From NCBI GenBank assembly GCA_000320545.1, contig ADNK01000773.1:41369-105368 (forward strand): a stretch of 64,000 bases of DNA, in the 5' to 3' direction. The notes under the pieces were generated by a model. That model worked only from the letters and a program-made list of their open reading frames with translations. It did no database searches and was not told the DNA's origin. Shown here in pieces: positions 37,885 through 51,494 of this stretch. The position numbers and the translations under genes are program-made. The stretch comes from Bigelowiella natans CCMP2755. Taxonomy: Eukaryota > Protista > Cercozoa. Position 1 is the stretch's first letter, and every line of letters starts with the position of its first letter.

Positions 37885-40325
37885 ATGGTCACTTGTGTGT
37901 TATCACCTTCTCTGCATGTGCGTATGCCCCTGAGGCCAGCTCAGAGTTATCTGTCAAATATAATCTGTAATGTGCACTAACTTTCTCACACGTAGGTACC
38001 GTCAGGCAGTACTTTGCAGCAGTGCGGTATCTCTTTATAGGAGAGGGACGGTCCCATGCTAGACGATGCAGGTACCATCATTACAAAATGTAATGGAAAA
38101 TTCGTCGATAAAATGACGTCTGTCTACTACAGAGCAACGCCTTCGGGGAGGTCGTTGTAAACAACTATGGGAAGACTTTCCCGGAAACAATATGATCTGT
38201 TGTAGGTAAATGATATAGTCGGGGGATTATTGTAATGCGTAAAACGTTTAATCGTCGTACTGTAACGAATAATTAAATAGAGGACTTTGCCTTACGGGAC
38301 CTGATCCAACGATCTTCATCTTCAACTTGATTCTCACGTTTGGGGTACATACACCACTAACATTATTCCCGATATTGTAAACACTCTCATTTTGATATTC
38401 TGTAGATCCTAAGTGCGTTCTATATCCTCATTGCGATTCGGTTACATCCCGTAGTCTTCGTCATTGGGTAATTACTGTGTGTTTTTGAGAATTGTGCGGC
38501 AAATTTGAGCGGGCCTTAAAAGAACAACCTGATCATACCCATGCTAATAAACTCAGATTCATTCTCCATGGGCTATCGCTTTATTTCCTCCTTCGATGTG
38601 CCTTCACGGATCCTGGCATTATGAAGCGGGGGAGCACTCCCCAAAATACCGAGTTTGTCTACTTCTTTCCGAATGATCGACTGCGACTGTGCTAATCTTC
38701 GCTTGCCCCATTTACGTAGAAATCCGCCAACGCACATTGTGAATGGACAAGTGCAACAACTCGTATACTGCAATACTTGCCACATTTTTAGGCCCCCAAA
38801 GGTAGATCTAAAACGAAATAGATAGAGAGAGAGAAAGAGGACGCGGAGAACGAATTTGAAACTAATTTGGAACCAATTTGGAACCTGAAATCTTCATCCA
38901 CTTTATTCAAGTGCAAGCATTGCCGGACCTGTAACAACTGCGTTGAGGAATTTGATCACCACTGCCCGTGGGTTATGAATTGTGTTGGCAAGCGCAATTA
39001 TCGTTACTTCGTTGGTTTCGTTGCCACAATATCAATCCTATGCGTCTACGGTATGAAATCGAGCCATCAGATAAAAAGCTTGCCAACATAACTGATTGGC
39101 ACTGTTTGTGTATTATTAGTATGCGCGTGCTGCTTAGGGCTCCTCATAAAAACGGTCTGTTTAACCTGTATTGTATTTAAACAAATTACCCCTTCTCTCG
39201 AACGTCAATTGTAAATGCTCTTCAGGGTGTCTCTGGGGGTAGCTTGCCGACACATGTTGTCTTGGTAACAGTTTTAGGACTTAGTAGTAGTAATAATAAT
39301 AGTAGTAGTGGTAGTAGTAGTAGCGATGCGGGGTAAAATTTCTAGCTAACGGCGTCGCCAGGGCCTCAGATTAAGAAGTATTCCTGTGTATGTTCGTGCA
39401 AATGTGTGAATTAGCTCGCGATCGTGATTATTCTCGTAACTGGATGCCTCGGATGCACCTTGGTATTGATATGAATGACCGTATGATAGGCCATGTGCAT
39501 GCAATCGTACACAGCAGTCTGCAATATGCCTACATCTCTCTTCCCGGGGATGTGGAATATACCATATCATATACCATCTAGTGTTTATATATAACTTAAA
39601 TCGAGAAATTAAGGTATTATTATTTTTATCGTCTTATATCATCACCGTCATCGTAATAATCATATAAATTGTCAGCTCGATGATATTAAGTTATCTTCTC
39701 ATCTGTTCGTGGTTATCTTATCTAAACCAAAGCATTGAAGGGATGATTGTTGTGTAGTCTGGGTTCGCAGGATTCCATTGCCGACTAATTGCTCAGGGCA
39801 TGACGACAAATGAATATGTAACAAAAGCTAACATTGTTTTGTTTATCTTAATTTTGAAATCGTTTTGTTTATCTTTCTAACAGCTAAAAGGAAGGCAAGC
39901 TGAATCCAAAGATAATAGCTGCATCAAAAATTGCTGCAATGTACGCACAATCTTGACGGACAAATAGCGAAATATTTCATTATATTTATACTGACTCGGA
40001 AGGGCAGAGCACGATATCACTCTTCATATCTAAACTACTCTGTTGCCATCATTGCTCAAGGTGTATTGCACTGGATTGCCAAAGGCTAACATCGACCTTA
40101 GGGGCCCTGCCGACATCGAGATGAAAGACGGAGCAAACAAGGAAGATGAGGAGGATGAGATTAGCGAAAAACCAGTAGACGACGCGAGTGTTCTTAATTC
40201 AAAGAAAAGGGTAATTAAATTATATGCAGGAATTAGTGCTTAACTGCATCAAATTGGATATATTTGTAAATGTGACTTTATTTTAACAATAGAAAACGGG
40301 GAGTGACGTAGAACTGGGAAATTAA
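37885..40325 (+). CDS. DHHC palmitoyl-acyltransferase (ZDHHC9/14/Erf2-like)
   Basis: Exons [13 protein letters not shown]|[26 protein letters not shown]|[33 protein letters not shown] (38910-39010), GMTTNE; stop TAA 40323-40325. Start uncertain (37885 or 38056). Confidence 0.93.
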
Positions 40326-41293
40326 CAATTTCTATGTTAATGGGACACAAGCCATCATTGCAAAACAGAATAAAGAGCAACTGCTCAGCAAGCCAAAGTT
40401 ATTGTATTTAAGTCGCATGATTTGACAGTAGTGGCTAGCGATTGATGACCTATGATATATGACTATTCACGGTCGCAACACTTGCCTCCATAATGGGTAA
40501 AACCTTCGTCATAATAATGAGGCGTTTAATTTATTATTATAAGACACTTTATTCAGACGCAGCCACATATCCAATGCATGGTTAATTTACTTATGTGCCT
40601 GGCAGATGCTACGACATGCACTGTTTCACCCGAGGAACGTTGGATTCTAGAAGATCATACTTGCGTATGTATATTATCTATGAGTGAATGCAGTGACTGT
40701 GTCACAAAATTTTCTGATGTGCATGCTAGCATGGCGGTAATCCACTACAACGCACATAACTTCTTTCTGAAGTGCATGGCAATAATCCGCTACAATGTCT
40801 TATACTAATGTGTGGCAAAGCAATAATTGCATAAATAACGGCACAGCTAAGTAGGTGTACATAGGGCTAGATAGACATAAGGACGAGTGCAGAACCGATC
40901 GCCCATCATAATGCAGGGTATAAGTCTAGATGTCCAGCACGGCGCAACTACAAGCTAGCACGAGCTTGGAATCATACATAAGAATAAAACATTGCACATT
41001 ATTCTGTATAGGAAATCTACTAGATCGAATCTCAACAACATACATGCTTTTGCGACTTTAATATAAATAGCCACGAGCATGATACCCATAGCAATAACAC
41101 ATGATTTCTTAGATATGATAGCGGTGATACTTGGCAAGACAATAACTGTATTGGGATTCAAGCGGGTGCAGCTTCACAAGTTGGCATAGTGTTCATACGT
41201 CGCATTTACATTTGTATTTAAGGTATAGACACATCAGTGCGTAGTCGTTCACCCCACAAGCGATAATTTCATCTTGGATCGCGCATGATAATT

Positions 41294-44207
41294 TTAGCAT
41301 AGAACCTTTGAAATAAATTCCAAGAAACGCTCTCCGTACTCTTTTGGAGGAAGAACACTTATCGTGTCTCCAAATCCCTGAACTTTACTCTTTAAAAAAT
41401 ACCTGATCAATGTAAGTTACTTAATTCATTGCATGTTTGATGAAAGCGTTGATTATTTGATCACATACTCTCCTCGTTTTCGTAATCCATATGGAACCAG
41501 GTAATCAATAATCCCAATGTGGTACACCTTACAAATCCAATCAGTTCATAGATATATTGATGCACAAGATTGACTTTTGAGGCACCATACCTCCTGTTTA
41601 TCTTTACTCCATATCGGTCCTTTCCAACCATCTTGCTCACCCATATTTTCTACATCAAAGTTAGTGCTTGTTAACGTATTTACCGGGGGGCTCATAATGT
41701 TGTTACCTTCGCTTTTCTGGTTTCTTTCTACCGATACAAAACCATCATTATCATCATCAACGCTGCCTGATAAGATTTTGGTGGTGCCAGAGAGTCTTGG
41801 AATGTGCACACCGACCAACATTGAGTAGTCTAGCACTCCCATTCTTACAAGAAACCGGACGTCCTTTTTCAATTGACTCAAATATCGGTTTCGTAAACTA
41901 TATCCAATCTCAAAAATACGTTTCGACAAACGCAGATCGTTGTCCTGAAAAAGAAGCAAGTATCAGGCAAGCCCAGCAGAGTGACAAAGAAAAAGGTTGT
42001 AGCCCAAGTGTACTGCAACCTTGAGGATTGTAGCAGTTTGGGAAGGTGTGGGCGGCAATGCTATGTCTTTCGCAGATGCACTCCGTCCCTGGGTAGAGCC
42101 TTTAAGGTCATAAATTAGGTGCATAAATTGTGGAGGAGGTGCTTGTTGGCAGAGGGGGGAGCTATCAGGTTGACTCCATACCGCCTCCATGACCTGTCCA
42201 TCATATTAAGTGATATCATTTGGACATTTGGACATTATTCGTCAATGACGGGACAGGGGTGGTGCTGAGTTTGTGACTTACAATGATGTGAAAAGTCTTA
42301 GCATGAAGTTGTAGAAGATGCATGGCTACAACTCTTGCCAGAAGTGTAGAGGGATTGTGAAGTACGTGATCGTGATACCTTGGTGGAACATACAATACAG
42401 ACTCTATACTCAGGTATGGTGAGATACTACTTCTGATAATAGATTATGGAAATTACTCTCTTATCGAGTTGGCTAGAAAGCGATATTCTTCACTCCCGAC
42501 AATCTTGATCTGAATTTATTGCAAACACCATGTATCTGGAAACCATGATCAGCACCAAAGAAAACTACTCAGTACTACAATGAGGGGGAGTTGTGGCGAA
42601 AAGTAGAAACTGGCTCCACTCTTAGAATTTGTACTGAAAGGCTCCAAATCTCCATTCTCTGAAAGGATGTAGAGGAATATAAGCAAAAACGAACTTGCGA
42701 AATATATGGGAAACATATTCTGACCTAAGGCATCGGCGAAGTCGCTTTCCTTGATTCCAACAGTTTTACGTATTTCCACAAATGCAGAAGGGGCAAGAGT
42801 GCTGAAAGTAAACTGGGACAGCTGTCCTTCTGGAATGTAACCAGGAAATGCGGGAGACTCGAAACTTTTAACACCTAGGTGGAAAAAAAAATGAGTTCAG
42901 GAGAGTAATTTGTCGCCAACTTTGAGAATCAGTCTTGTTCATCATTCACCAAATTTCATTCCTCCCTGAGAGAAGAACTCCGCCTTGTCCTCATGCTCAA
43001 AAGCCTTCATCTCTGAGAACAAGGCCTCCGCCCGATAGAGCTTCGAAGGGTTCCCTAACTCCATTTTCTGCCTCGCAGCATAATTGAGCTTTGAACCTTC
43101 TCCTTGAATAATTTTTTTCATTTCTCGTTGTCTTTGTGTAAACAGTTTTCGGGTATGTTCGTATTTTCTAGGCCTGTGCGGGACCGCTCGTAAGTAGCGG
43201 GACTGCCTTGATACAGGAAGGGGCGGGAGCGGAGGAGCTTTGTGCATTGGATCTGTTTGTGTAGACGCCGCTCGTAAGTAGCGGGCCTGCTTAGAGACGG
43301 GAAGGGGTGGGAGCGGAGGAGCTTTGTGCATTGGATCTGTTGGTGTAGACGCCGCTCGTAAGTAGCGGGCCTGCTTAGAGACGGGAAGGGGTGGGAGCGG
43401 AGAAGCTTTGGGTATTGGATTTGTTTGTGCAGACGACGAGAATCTATGCAAAGGTAGAAGCTGAGGAGATCCTTCATCTAAGGACTGGGTTCTAATTTTA
43501 AAGGGTACTTCTTCTTCTTCCTCCCCGTTGTATTTGAAACCAGCATTAACTTGACCATCTGTCACGCTGTATGAATATGACCTCCTACGTTGGTGAATAC
43601 TCTTAACTGGAAGTTTTTCTGATGAATTAGATACTGATCTCGTCTCTCTCGAGCTTGCGATTTTACTCTCCTTAGCTAACCGCATCTGTTTCAATCCCAA
43701 GCGAAGTGCGAATAAGAAGATCTTATTGTTGTACTTTTGCTGTAATACTTCCTCTCCAATCTTCGGGTTCAAATTCTCTTCAATCAAAGATGCACCACGT
43801 GATCTTGGCCGTGCATCCTCGCGTAATGGTTGACTGCTACTCGTACTCGAACGACTGCGCGGGGGAGGAAAACTGGGAGGTGGTGCTTTTCTTTTTCGTT
43901 TCCTTTGACTCTCATTCTCAGCCTTACGTTCACACTCTCGTGCGATATTCATCAAAGTCCGGGCCTTGTTGCAAAGATACAAGTAAAATTAAGTGCAATC
44001 GGGAGTTAAAATGGACTTTTACCTCAGGAGAATTAATTGGCGTTCTTTTCGGGAAAAAGTTTCTTCCGCAGTCATTTTCGGTGAGAATCTTCACTCTCTC
44101 CTTGAGCATAGCGGTGATGGCAATTTCTCTTTTCAAGACAACGATAGCCTGGTCTACTTTGTATGATGCTGTAAACACTCTTGCTTCCTTTTAAATTATA
44201 TATATAG

Positions 44208-44252
<45 letters not shown>

Positions 44253-45144
44253 ATGTAAAAAATATTTGTGTATTCTATGATTTTGAATTAAGTTCGAAAA
44301 TCGTATTGATTGAACACCATAAATTTTGAGTCGCAGTTGTCTTTCATTCCTGAATGTTGTACAAATTCTGCGACCCTTCCTTTGAAAACAAACGCGATTT
44401 CTAGTGACTGCGCAAAAGATTTTTCCAGAGTTCGAACTTCTCCCAGTAATCCATTCCTCGTGTTTTGATTTGAGCTGCTCGGTAGGAGAAATTTTCAAAA
44501 TAACAGGCTATAAGATACTGTAAGTTGCATTGACCTTGCACTTTCCAGCGATGGCAAAAAAGTACTTGAGAGGCGATTTACAAGTGCCAGAAGCTCGGAG
44601 TTGAACTGCGAATACGCGTAAAAGTTGTTTGAATATAACTTCAAATTGTTTACGAAGGATTCGAATTACCTCTGTGATGCTATGATCTAAAGACTTCTGG
44701 GGTCGACCCAAACTAATTTGAAGTGGTGTAAATACTATTGGTGCTGGACTAGTAATCTTAATACTTACTTTGCGACTTGCCTCCGGAGATATGCTAGTTT
44801 TTCTTCCACAAACTTAGCATCTATCCGAATATTCAAATTTTCCTTATTTTCAAGGGTTTGTGGGAAAGTTGAAGGAAGTCCCGGCGAAGACAATTCATCT
44901 TTAGTTGAAAATGGGGTGCATTTTGAGTCTGATAACTTGGCAGCAGACCTTAAAAGAAAAATTACGCTTCTTAAGTACTCTGATACAAGAATTTGAATAT
45001 TAAAGTACAGGGAGTCTTTATAGCCCTCTTCCTCTCCCCCGATGGCCTTTCCAGCATCACGTGAGCATTTTGAGTCGAGTTTCTTATTTTGCAGGCTGCA
45101 GTCAGCAGGAGATATTTCAGAGGATTTATCGATCGCAAGGATGG

Positions 45145-45218
<74 letters not shown>

Positions 45219-45712
45219 CTAATGAGTGTATGCTGGGCCTTGAGTTGAAGTACAGAAATTTCGTTTGCTCCTAGCCCAACCCATCTGCAGATGAATTCCA
45301 AAGCTTTGTCCATTGTATCCTCGAAGGATACGGCTACAACTGGTGGGTCTTGATGGAGAAGTGTACATGTGGATTCCCCCCAGTTGATATTTTGGTTTTC
45401 CTTTGGAACCGAGGAAGGGTCTTCTTCATTTTTCCCGGCCGCAGAAGCTTGTGAGCAAAAATTACTTGAGATGTCCTCATTAGATATATTTGAGAGAGCT
45501 GGATTCCCATCCACGTTACCGCTTTCGGCTATTGCAACTTTGGCATCACACTTTTCTTTCTTTCTTACCTTCTCTTGCACCTCATCGGAGGTTGGTGTAC
45601 TCTTGGGGTTATTGGAAATTTGCCGGGAAGCTGTATTGGTGCCTAATCCTTTCCTTTGTATGTTTCTCTCCTCCTCTTCCTCCGGACTGTTGTCTGAATG
45701 GCAAGCTCCCAT
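41294..45712 (-). CDS. Phosphatidylinositol-phosphate kinase (PIP5K/PIP4K domain) with long N-terminal extension
   Basis: PIPK motifs in successive exons: NSKSGASFYFS, IYDLKGSTQGRSA, LK|DNDL, DVRFLVRMGVLDYSMLVGVH, YHIGIIDYL, ISVLPPKEYGERFLEFI; TAA at 41294. Joining of the 5' exons (MGACHS start at 45712) to the kinase is inferred from strand and spacing. Confidence 0.85.
43184..43435 (-). repeat. Coding tandem repeat, 84 nt (28 aa) x about 3, in the PIP kinase gene
   Basis: KAPPLPPLPVSKQARYLRAASTPTDPMH repeated; DNA gggagcggaggagctttgtgcattggatctg recurs at 84-nt spacing. Confidence 0.95.
45148..45215. repeat. Compound microsatellite (AT)n(AG)n
   Basis: Directly visible. Confidence 0.95.
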
Positions 45713-46068
45713 GTCCAACAAATTTTTATTCTCCTTCTTCCATCTTCCTCCTCTTCTGTTTCACCTTCCTTTTGTCTTCTTCTCTCCTTATCGAAGAGGC
45801 AAGCACCATTGTTTGAGACTTGAAACTACTACATGTACATGCAGTTTTTTATGAAAGGGAATGGCCTGGAATTTTATCATCTTGGACCCCTTAAACATTG
45901 TCGCAACGATGAAATATTACAGCCACAGTAATGTCAGGAAAGGCGCTCTGCATGTCCCACCGGTGAGTTGGTGATGGTAACTTTCAAGTAGAAGAAATCA
46001 GAGTATTACGACTGCCGGTCGCGCTTGCTAGTGGCGCAACACAACCATTGGGTAGCTGGTATTTGGCC
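45713..46068. promoter_or_regulatory. Putative bidirectional promoter between the PIP kinase and cold-shock-domain genes
   Basis: Divergent start codons only about 360 bp apart. Confidence 0.45.
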
Positions 46069-47292
46069 ATGGAAATTAATTCCAAGGCACTGCCTCCACG
46101 CCGATTTGCTTCGGCCGTCACTTTTCTGTTCTTCATATTCCAGTACTGGATCGCCAGGTATGGAATAATTTCGGAATGGATACCTTTGGGATCAGCAGTG
46201 TCAAGAAGTACGGAGGAGAAACAAATTAAAACTGCTCTAAAGGATCCTAAAGAATTTTTTGGAAACAGCTTCGGTGTTCGGACAGGAAAGGAATCAACGC
46301 TTCACTGTAAAATCTCAACCAATTTATCCCACAACAAGATGCACATGAATAGAACTGGCAGGTGGGATTCCAAAATTACTGCATCAGTAAGGGTTCCATC
46401 GATGATGGGTGATTTAATCGCCGAACGACACGTTATCGTGGGAGGCAGGGGCTCCGAGCCACCATCGGATGATACCCAAACTTTTTCGCAGGATTCGAAA
46501 TGGAAAAAGTCTTCTGTGAACAAAGAAAAGGAGACGCGAGGCGAGAAACTTAAACCGGGAGGAAGATTAATACACTATCGAGGATCACATCTTCTGTCCT
46601 TAATGGGAATTGCGCAAAGTACTGATAACTCTGCAAAGGATGTTCAAGGTTCAAACGATGCAGAATATTATTGCAAAGGCGACAGGACTGATAAAACGGG
46701 TGCGGGTAAGCAACTTTCAGATGAATTGCGTCGAGTAAAAGCGCATTTATTCGACGGTTATGATAATCATACAAATCGGTTGTCAAATGAGTCAAAGTGG
46801 CAGAAGGTAAAGGATGACACACTTCTCAGGCATGGCCTTAAACAGGAATTGGAGCCACCAAGGCGAAGTGCAGTATCGTGTGGCGGAAACGCTTTGGATG
46901 ATGCATGTGAAGCCGCTTTTGAAAAAATGACTATGCACAATGTATCGTTTCGTTGGAAGTGGGATGGAACGTCAACCACGGAGAGTTATTATTGGACTAA
47001 TTTAGATGAAGACGGTACAAAGAAGCATCATAGTACAGATAAGAATCATGATTGCAATCGCAGTAATCATGCAGATTTTATCCCTAGATGCAAGGGGATA
47101 ATACGGTGGTACAGATCCGATAAGGGATATGGGTTTGTGCATCCTGACTCAATTACAGGAATGCGGCGTCTTTTCCTGCGTCCAAAAAATTTTATGGATG
47201 ACAAATATGTGCCGAGAGTCGGCGATAAGGTGAGTTTTATAATACGAAATGTATCAGGTCTTTGCTTCGCCGGGCGTGTAAAAAAAATCTGA
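46069..47292 (+). CDS. Intronless protein with N-terminal hydrophobic segment and C-terminal cold-shock domain
   Basis: C-terminus KGIIRWYRSDKGYGFVHPD...LFLR...VGDKVSF...AGRVK matches the cold-shock domain (RNP1 KGYGFV). N-terminus FASAVTFLFFIFQYWIA is signal/TM-like. Confidence 0.8.
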   Translation: MEINSKALPPRRFASAVTFLFFIFQYWIARYGIISEWIPLGSAVSRSTEEKQIKTALKDPKEFFGNSFGVRTGKESTLHCKISTNLSHNKMHMNRTGRWDSKITASVRVPSMMGDLIAERHVIVGGRGSEPPSDDTQTFSQDSKWKKSSVNKEKETRGEKLKPGGRLIHYRGSHLLSLMGIAQSTDNSAKDVQGSNDAEYYCKGDRTDKTGAGKQLSDELRRVKAHLFDGYDNHTNRLSNESKWQKVKDDTLLRHGLKQELEPPRRSAVSCGGNALDDACEAAFEKMTMHNVSFRWKWDGTSTTESYYWTNLDEDGTKKHHSTDKNHDCNRSNHADFIPRCKGIIRWYRSDKGYGFVHPDSITGMRRLFLRPKNFMDDKYVPRVGDKVSFIIRNVSGLCFAGRVKKI

Positions 47293-48007
47293 AGTTGTAG
47301 CTCGTAAGTAATAAGGGATAGTTAACATGAAATAGACTGATATGCCCTGATGCATGCACAAGCTTGCTGCGATGCATGCATGGCTATGCGTATAGGTTAT
47401 GTAGATTTCATGCACCACAATAAAGTTATCTATTGTCATGATGAATTAATCATAGCAGGTGCCAAGCTGCATAGATGTATTGCTTGTGAAGGATTTTTAC
47501 CATGTGCTTATATGTATAGTGCAAGTTCTATTCGACCGCGCTATGCTAACGTGTCGTACGTAACTTAACAATCTTATCATAAATCAACATATATGCATTA
47601 CTTACTACTACAGCTCACATACCACATAATCCCCAATAAGCTTTTATCTAGATATATCATTTCCTACGATATAATGTGCATGCCTTGAAGTTGCTCGTTC
47701 CAACCTAGCCTCAATGCTATCTTTAGTTTCGCTAATTATGTATGCTAGCAGTAGTCAAAATTATAATAAATTATATATCATGGCTGGCATAATGATCCGT
47801 GTAGTTGGACCATACGATACATGTAGCCATGTTCTTGTACGCACGCACGCATTACCGAAGCAATGTGTATGTCGCCACTGCCCCAATAACGATAAGCTGT
47901 TACGTTACAAATGCTCCAGCAAGTCGAATTGTATGTACACAAGAAAACGTGAATCACAATATGTAAGCTTCTTTACGTGATATTTCTTTCCCTTGTCACT
48001 ACTGTTC

Positions 48008-49026
48008 CTACAGAGTAGCGTCTTCTGTTTCTCGTTCGTATTCTATTTCGATCTCTTTCCCGCGTTTTCTCTTCTTCTTTTTTTTGGAGTTAGCATTTGA
48101 CGATGATGTTGGCTCTTCCTTTTGATTCATCAGATCAGCCAATCCTTCAACGTCTTCGTAGTCGTCCTCTACATCAAAATCCTCGACGAATTCTATCTCT
48201 CCTTCCTCTTCCTCCTCTTCTTCCTCTTCCTCCTCTTGTTCTCCTTCCTTCTCATCTTCCTTTTGCTCGCTAACTTCTTCTAAAACATCTTTGTAAACCT
48301 TGAAATTGGAAATAATATAAACACCATTAATTATGAGCAATAGCGATATATCACAGTAAGACAATGGCAATGCGCTATTCCTCAATATGATTTTCCTCAT
48401 AACATTATTTTCAGCATCATCATCATCGTCATACTTCAGCAGCAGGATGAGCAGCTTTCAACCTGTTTGGGAAAGTTGTAGATGTCTCCATACATTCCAG
48501 ACTGCAGGCGCTGTACAAGCTCAGATTTGATAGCGCGATCGATCAAGGCTATCTTTTCGGCCTTTTGTTCCCTTCGTTTTTCTCTTCTCTTGATTTTCTT
48601 TGGTTCTCCCACGAGCTTCGGCGTGACCTTGAGCTGCAACTTCCGCATCCGTATCAAGTATTGATGAATTTTTGTTAGTCTCTGTTTGTTCCTATGTATC
48701 ATAGTTTTAGGGAAGAATTCCAGATGTTTATCTATCAAATCCAGGGATTTCGAGTAGTTTTTCGGTAGTCGGATCTTTTCCCACAGATTCTTTGGACTAT
48801 GAGCTCGCTCAATTGTTTTTATATATAGATAGCACCATCCTTCTTTTTCAACGATAGTAGCATATCTGCTGTTTGCTAGTGGACATGATTGCCGATTGCA
48901 TAATCCCGTCACATTGTATTCGTTCCTACAAAAGTTTTGCGTGTCCTTTCCTTGAAGCTTTGTTCGAACTTTGTACGAACAGAAGCCATGGTTGATGACT
49001 TTCCATATAACTTCGTCGTGCTGCAT
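48008..49026 (-). CDS. MAK16: MAK16 60S ribosome biogenesis protein (two exons; intron 48299-48462)
   Basis: [19 protein letters not shown]...[26 protein letters not shown]...KTIERAHSP, acidic tail ending EIEYERE; in-frame GT-AG intron. Confidence 0.97.
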
Positions 49027-49927
49027 TTATTATACGGCCTGGACTGGTGAGGTCCAAAAATCTAGATATTCAAATCACAAAGCTGAATGAGCAAGGGGAC
49101 TCAAACAACCCGAAGCAAGCCGACGTACATTTTCGGAACGAACGTATGAGCGACAAAGAACATTTGAGAAGACCCAGGAGAATATACTGACTGACCTTGA
49201 GAACTAAGCCTGGTTTTTTGGTATCTCTTTACACTTTCCTTTTCGAAAGGAAAAGTTACAGTAGACCAGAGTGGGTCGAAGGTGTAGAACGGTTGACTCG
49301 TTGGGTGTGGGGGCGTATTATGACGAGCTGCTGGTTAATCGGTTCTTTAAGGTTGTCGCACGAGGTGCAAACACCCCCATTTCTAACAATTTAATTACGC
49401 CTTTCCATGCGTACTCAATTGGGAAATAATATTCAGATGTTTCTGGCTTCCATTCTTTGAAATCCTCCAGAATCTCTCGTGCATTAATAAACTATCACAG
49501 AAAACTATAGGAAGAAGCAAATTACAGAAGACTTCGGATGAAATCTGTCTAATGGAAGGCACACGTTGTCGGTAAATTCGGCCTTCGGCGATATGAGTCC
49601 AGGTTCGGCGATTTCCCGACTGTGATGGATATAGAGACTCTCAGGAGATCCTCTATCCGTCCCACGTGGTCGTCCTGGGACGTCTGAGAGAGTGCTACTC
49701 TCTAGGCGTGTCGTTAGTGTGTTTTGCCCTAGTTTCGGTGAGGGAGGGAGGAAGGCCACACGTCACACACAAACACATCTGATTGGAATACAGCCATTTC
49801 ATTCGTGATTGCATCTGAAGGAGGGAAAGAGGAGCTCGCCGCTCTGTCGCACCATAACCCTCCTGCAATCAACCCGGAATTAAAAGGGAGCACAACTGTG
49901 GGCGTGCAAGTGGCTTGACTCGGCGGA

Positions 49928-51494
49928 ATGTTCATTTCGACATCATCATGTTCAACATCATTTCTGCTTCTCTTGATGATGGCATCGGCAACATCTTCCC
50001 TCCATGTGAGTGTGAAATCAAGCCATCATCATCGCCAGCCTTTTCCAACCAGTTTATATAGAACATTTCCGAACTCACGAGGGTTCGGACATCCCCCCTC
50101 GTTAACACGATCCCCTCCTGGGAATCTACGCTCCCAGATGGGCTTGATATCGGCTCCAAAGGATGGTGGCTACGGGAATACATCCAGAGAGGACTGTATA
50201 ACTGAAAGATGTAACATAAATGAGCAGAGGATGGTTTCTGAAAGATGTGGCGTGCAAATGAAGAAGCAAATCGGCAGAAGATCCGAATTTAAGCTGATAC
50301 TTTTGAACTTGTTCATCTTTGCAGCTTCGCTATTTTCTCGAAGTGCACAAGCAGCACCTAGTGCAGGTTTCTCACTTACTTTCTTGATGATTTTCAATTC
50401 CGATGTAATGTGTGTTTAGACACGGTTGTGGGTGCGGACAATATTGTGGCCATCTTTGGCGATGTACGAAAGAAATTTGTTATAGAAAGGACAAATTTGG
50501 ATGGAAAGGTGATTGTAACAAATTTATGAAAGGATTAAATTGGTATTAAGGGGGGAAGGTGGCTGGGCTAATCAGAATTTTAAGTTATTGATCGCAATTT
50601 ACCGTTTTTTTGTTAATGATCTAAAATTCGAAATGAATCGTGCGAGTCTGCTGCGATTTCTTTAATCTAAGCCACTTGTTATCAAAAGATTATTGGACGT
50701 CAACGTGGAGTGACAGTAAAGGTAGGAAAGCATTAAACATGTTAAGTTTTCTTTCAGTATTTTCTCTGGTCAGATTTGTGCTGATGTCTTGGCCGGAAAA
50801 GAAGCTCAGGTGCATATCCCAAACATCTCAAATACTAGCACGTTGCTCGTTTATTCGAACAGATTCACAAAGCATAACAATCATCTTCTACTAATAGAAA
50901 ACAAGGACGATACCATTTGGAGAGCGGGCCTTTGTCAACAACAACGAACTCTGCCAAGAAGCACAAGATAAAGGTCAGCGGATATCAACATATCTTCGCA
51001 GTTTGTTATTTTAAGATGGAATTTTTGTAGAATTATCGAAAGCATCCTTAGATAAACTCTGCGATGCTCCGTGTACCCGAGTGTGCCAAGAGACGGTAGT
51101 ACTAAATACACGACAGCCATCCAATTAAATACTAAGGTTGATTTTTTGGTACCAGATAGAAGGATTTGTCAATAAACAAGGAGACGCTCTCTTTCTCTCT
51201 TATGGTGATACATTCCTAATAGTTTTGAGTAGTTGTTAGATGAATTATGGCGTCGCAAATATTCCTAGGTATAGATTTGAGCTCCAATGAGGTCTCAAAA
51301 TTCATCAAGCGGTGTCGAAAGGCCTGCAAAAATCAGTGCAACCCAAGGTACTGTAATGCGTGTTTCGAAATACTATTCTTAATATTCTATGCATCTCAAA
51401 CACGGCTGTGCCTTTGCGATGTTATGTATTTCTACTTGATAGACTTCGTGCGGAGCCAGAAAATTTTTTTGAAGTGCAATTGAATTTCAACTGA
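49928..51494 (+). CDS. Putative nucleus-encoded thylakoid-lumen protein, Cys-rich, function unknown (about 10 exons)
   Basis: Exon 1 encodes a hydrophobic signal (SFLLLLMMASATS), a Ser/Arg/Pro-rich transit-like region and GRRSEFKLILLNLFIFAASLFSRSAQA (RR, hydrophobic core, AxA). Later exons give LCDAPCTRVC and KRCRKACKNQCNPR|LRAEPENFFEVQLNFN-TGA (51492-51494). Confidence 0.7.

Noticed and set aside
49505-49935. Minus-strand ORFs between MAK16 and the lumen-protein gene
   Set aside because: No motifs and no consistent gene model; probably promoter or UTR sequence.
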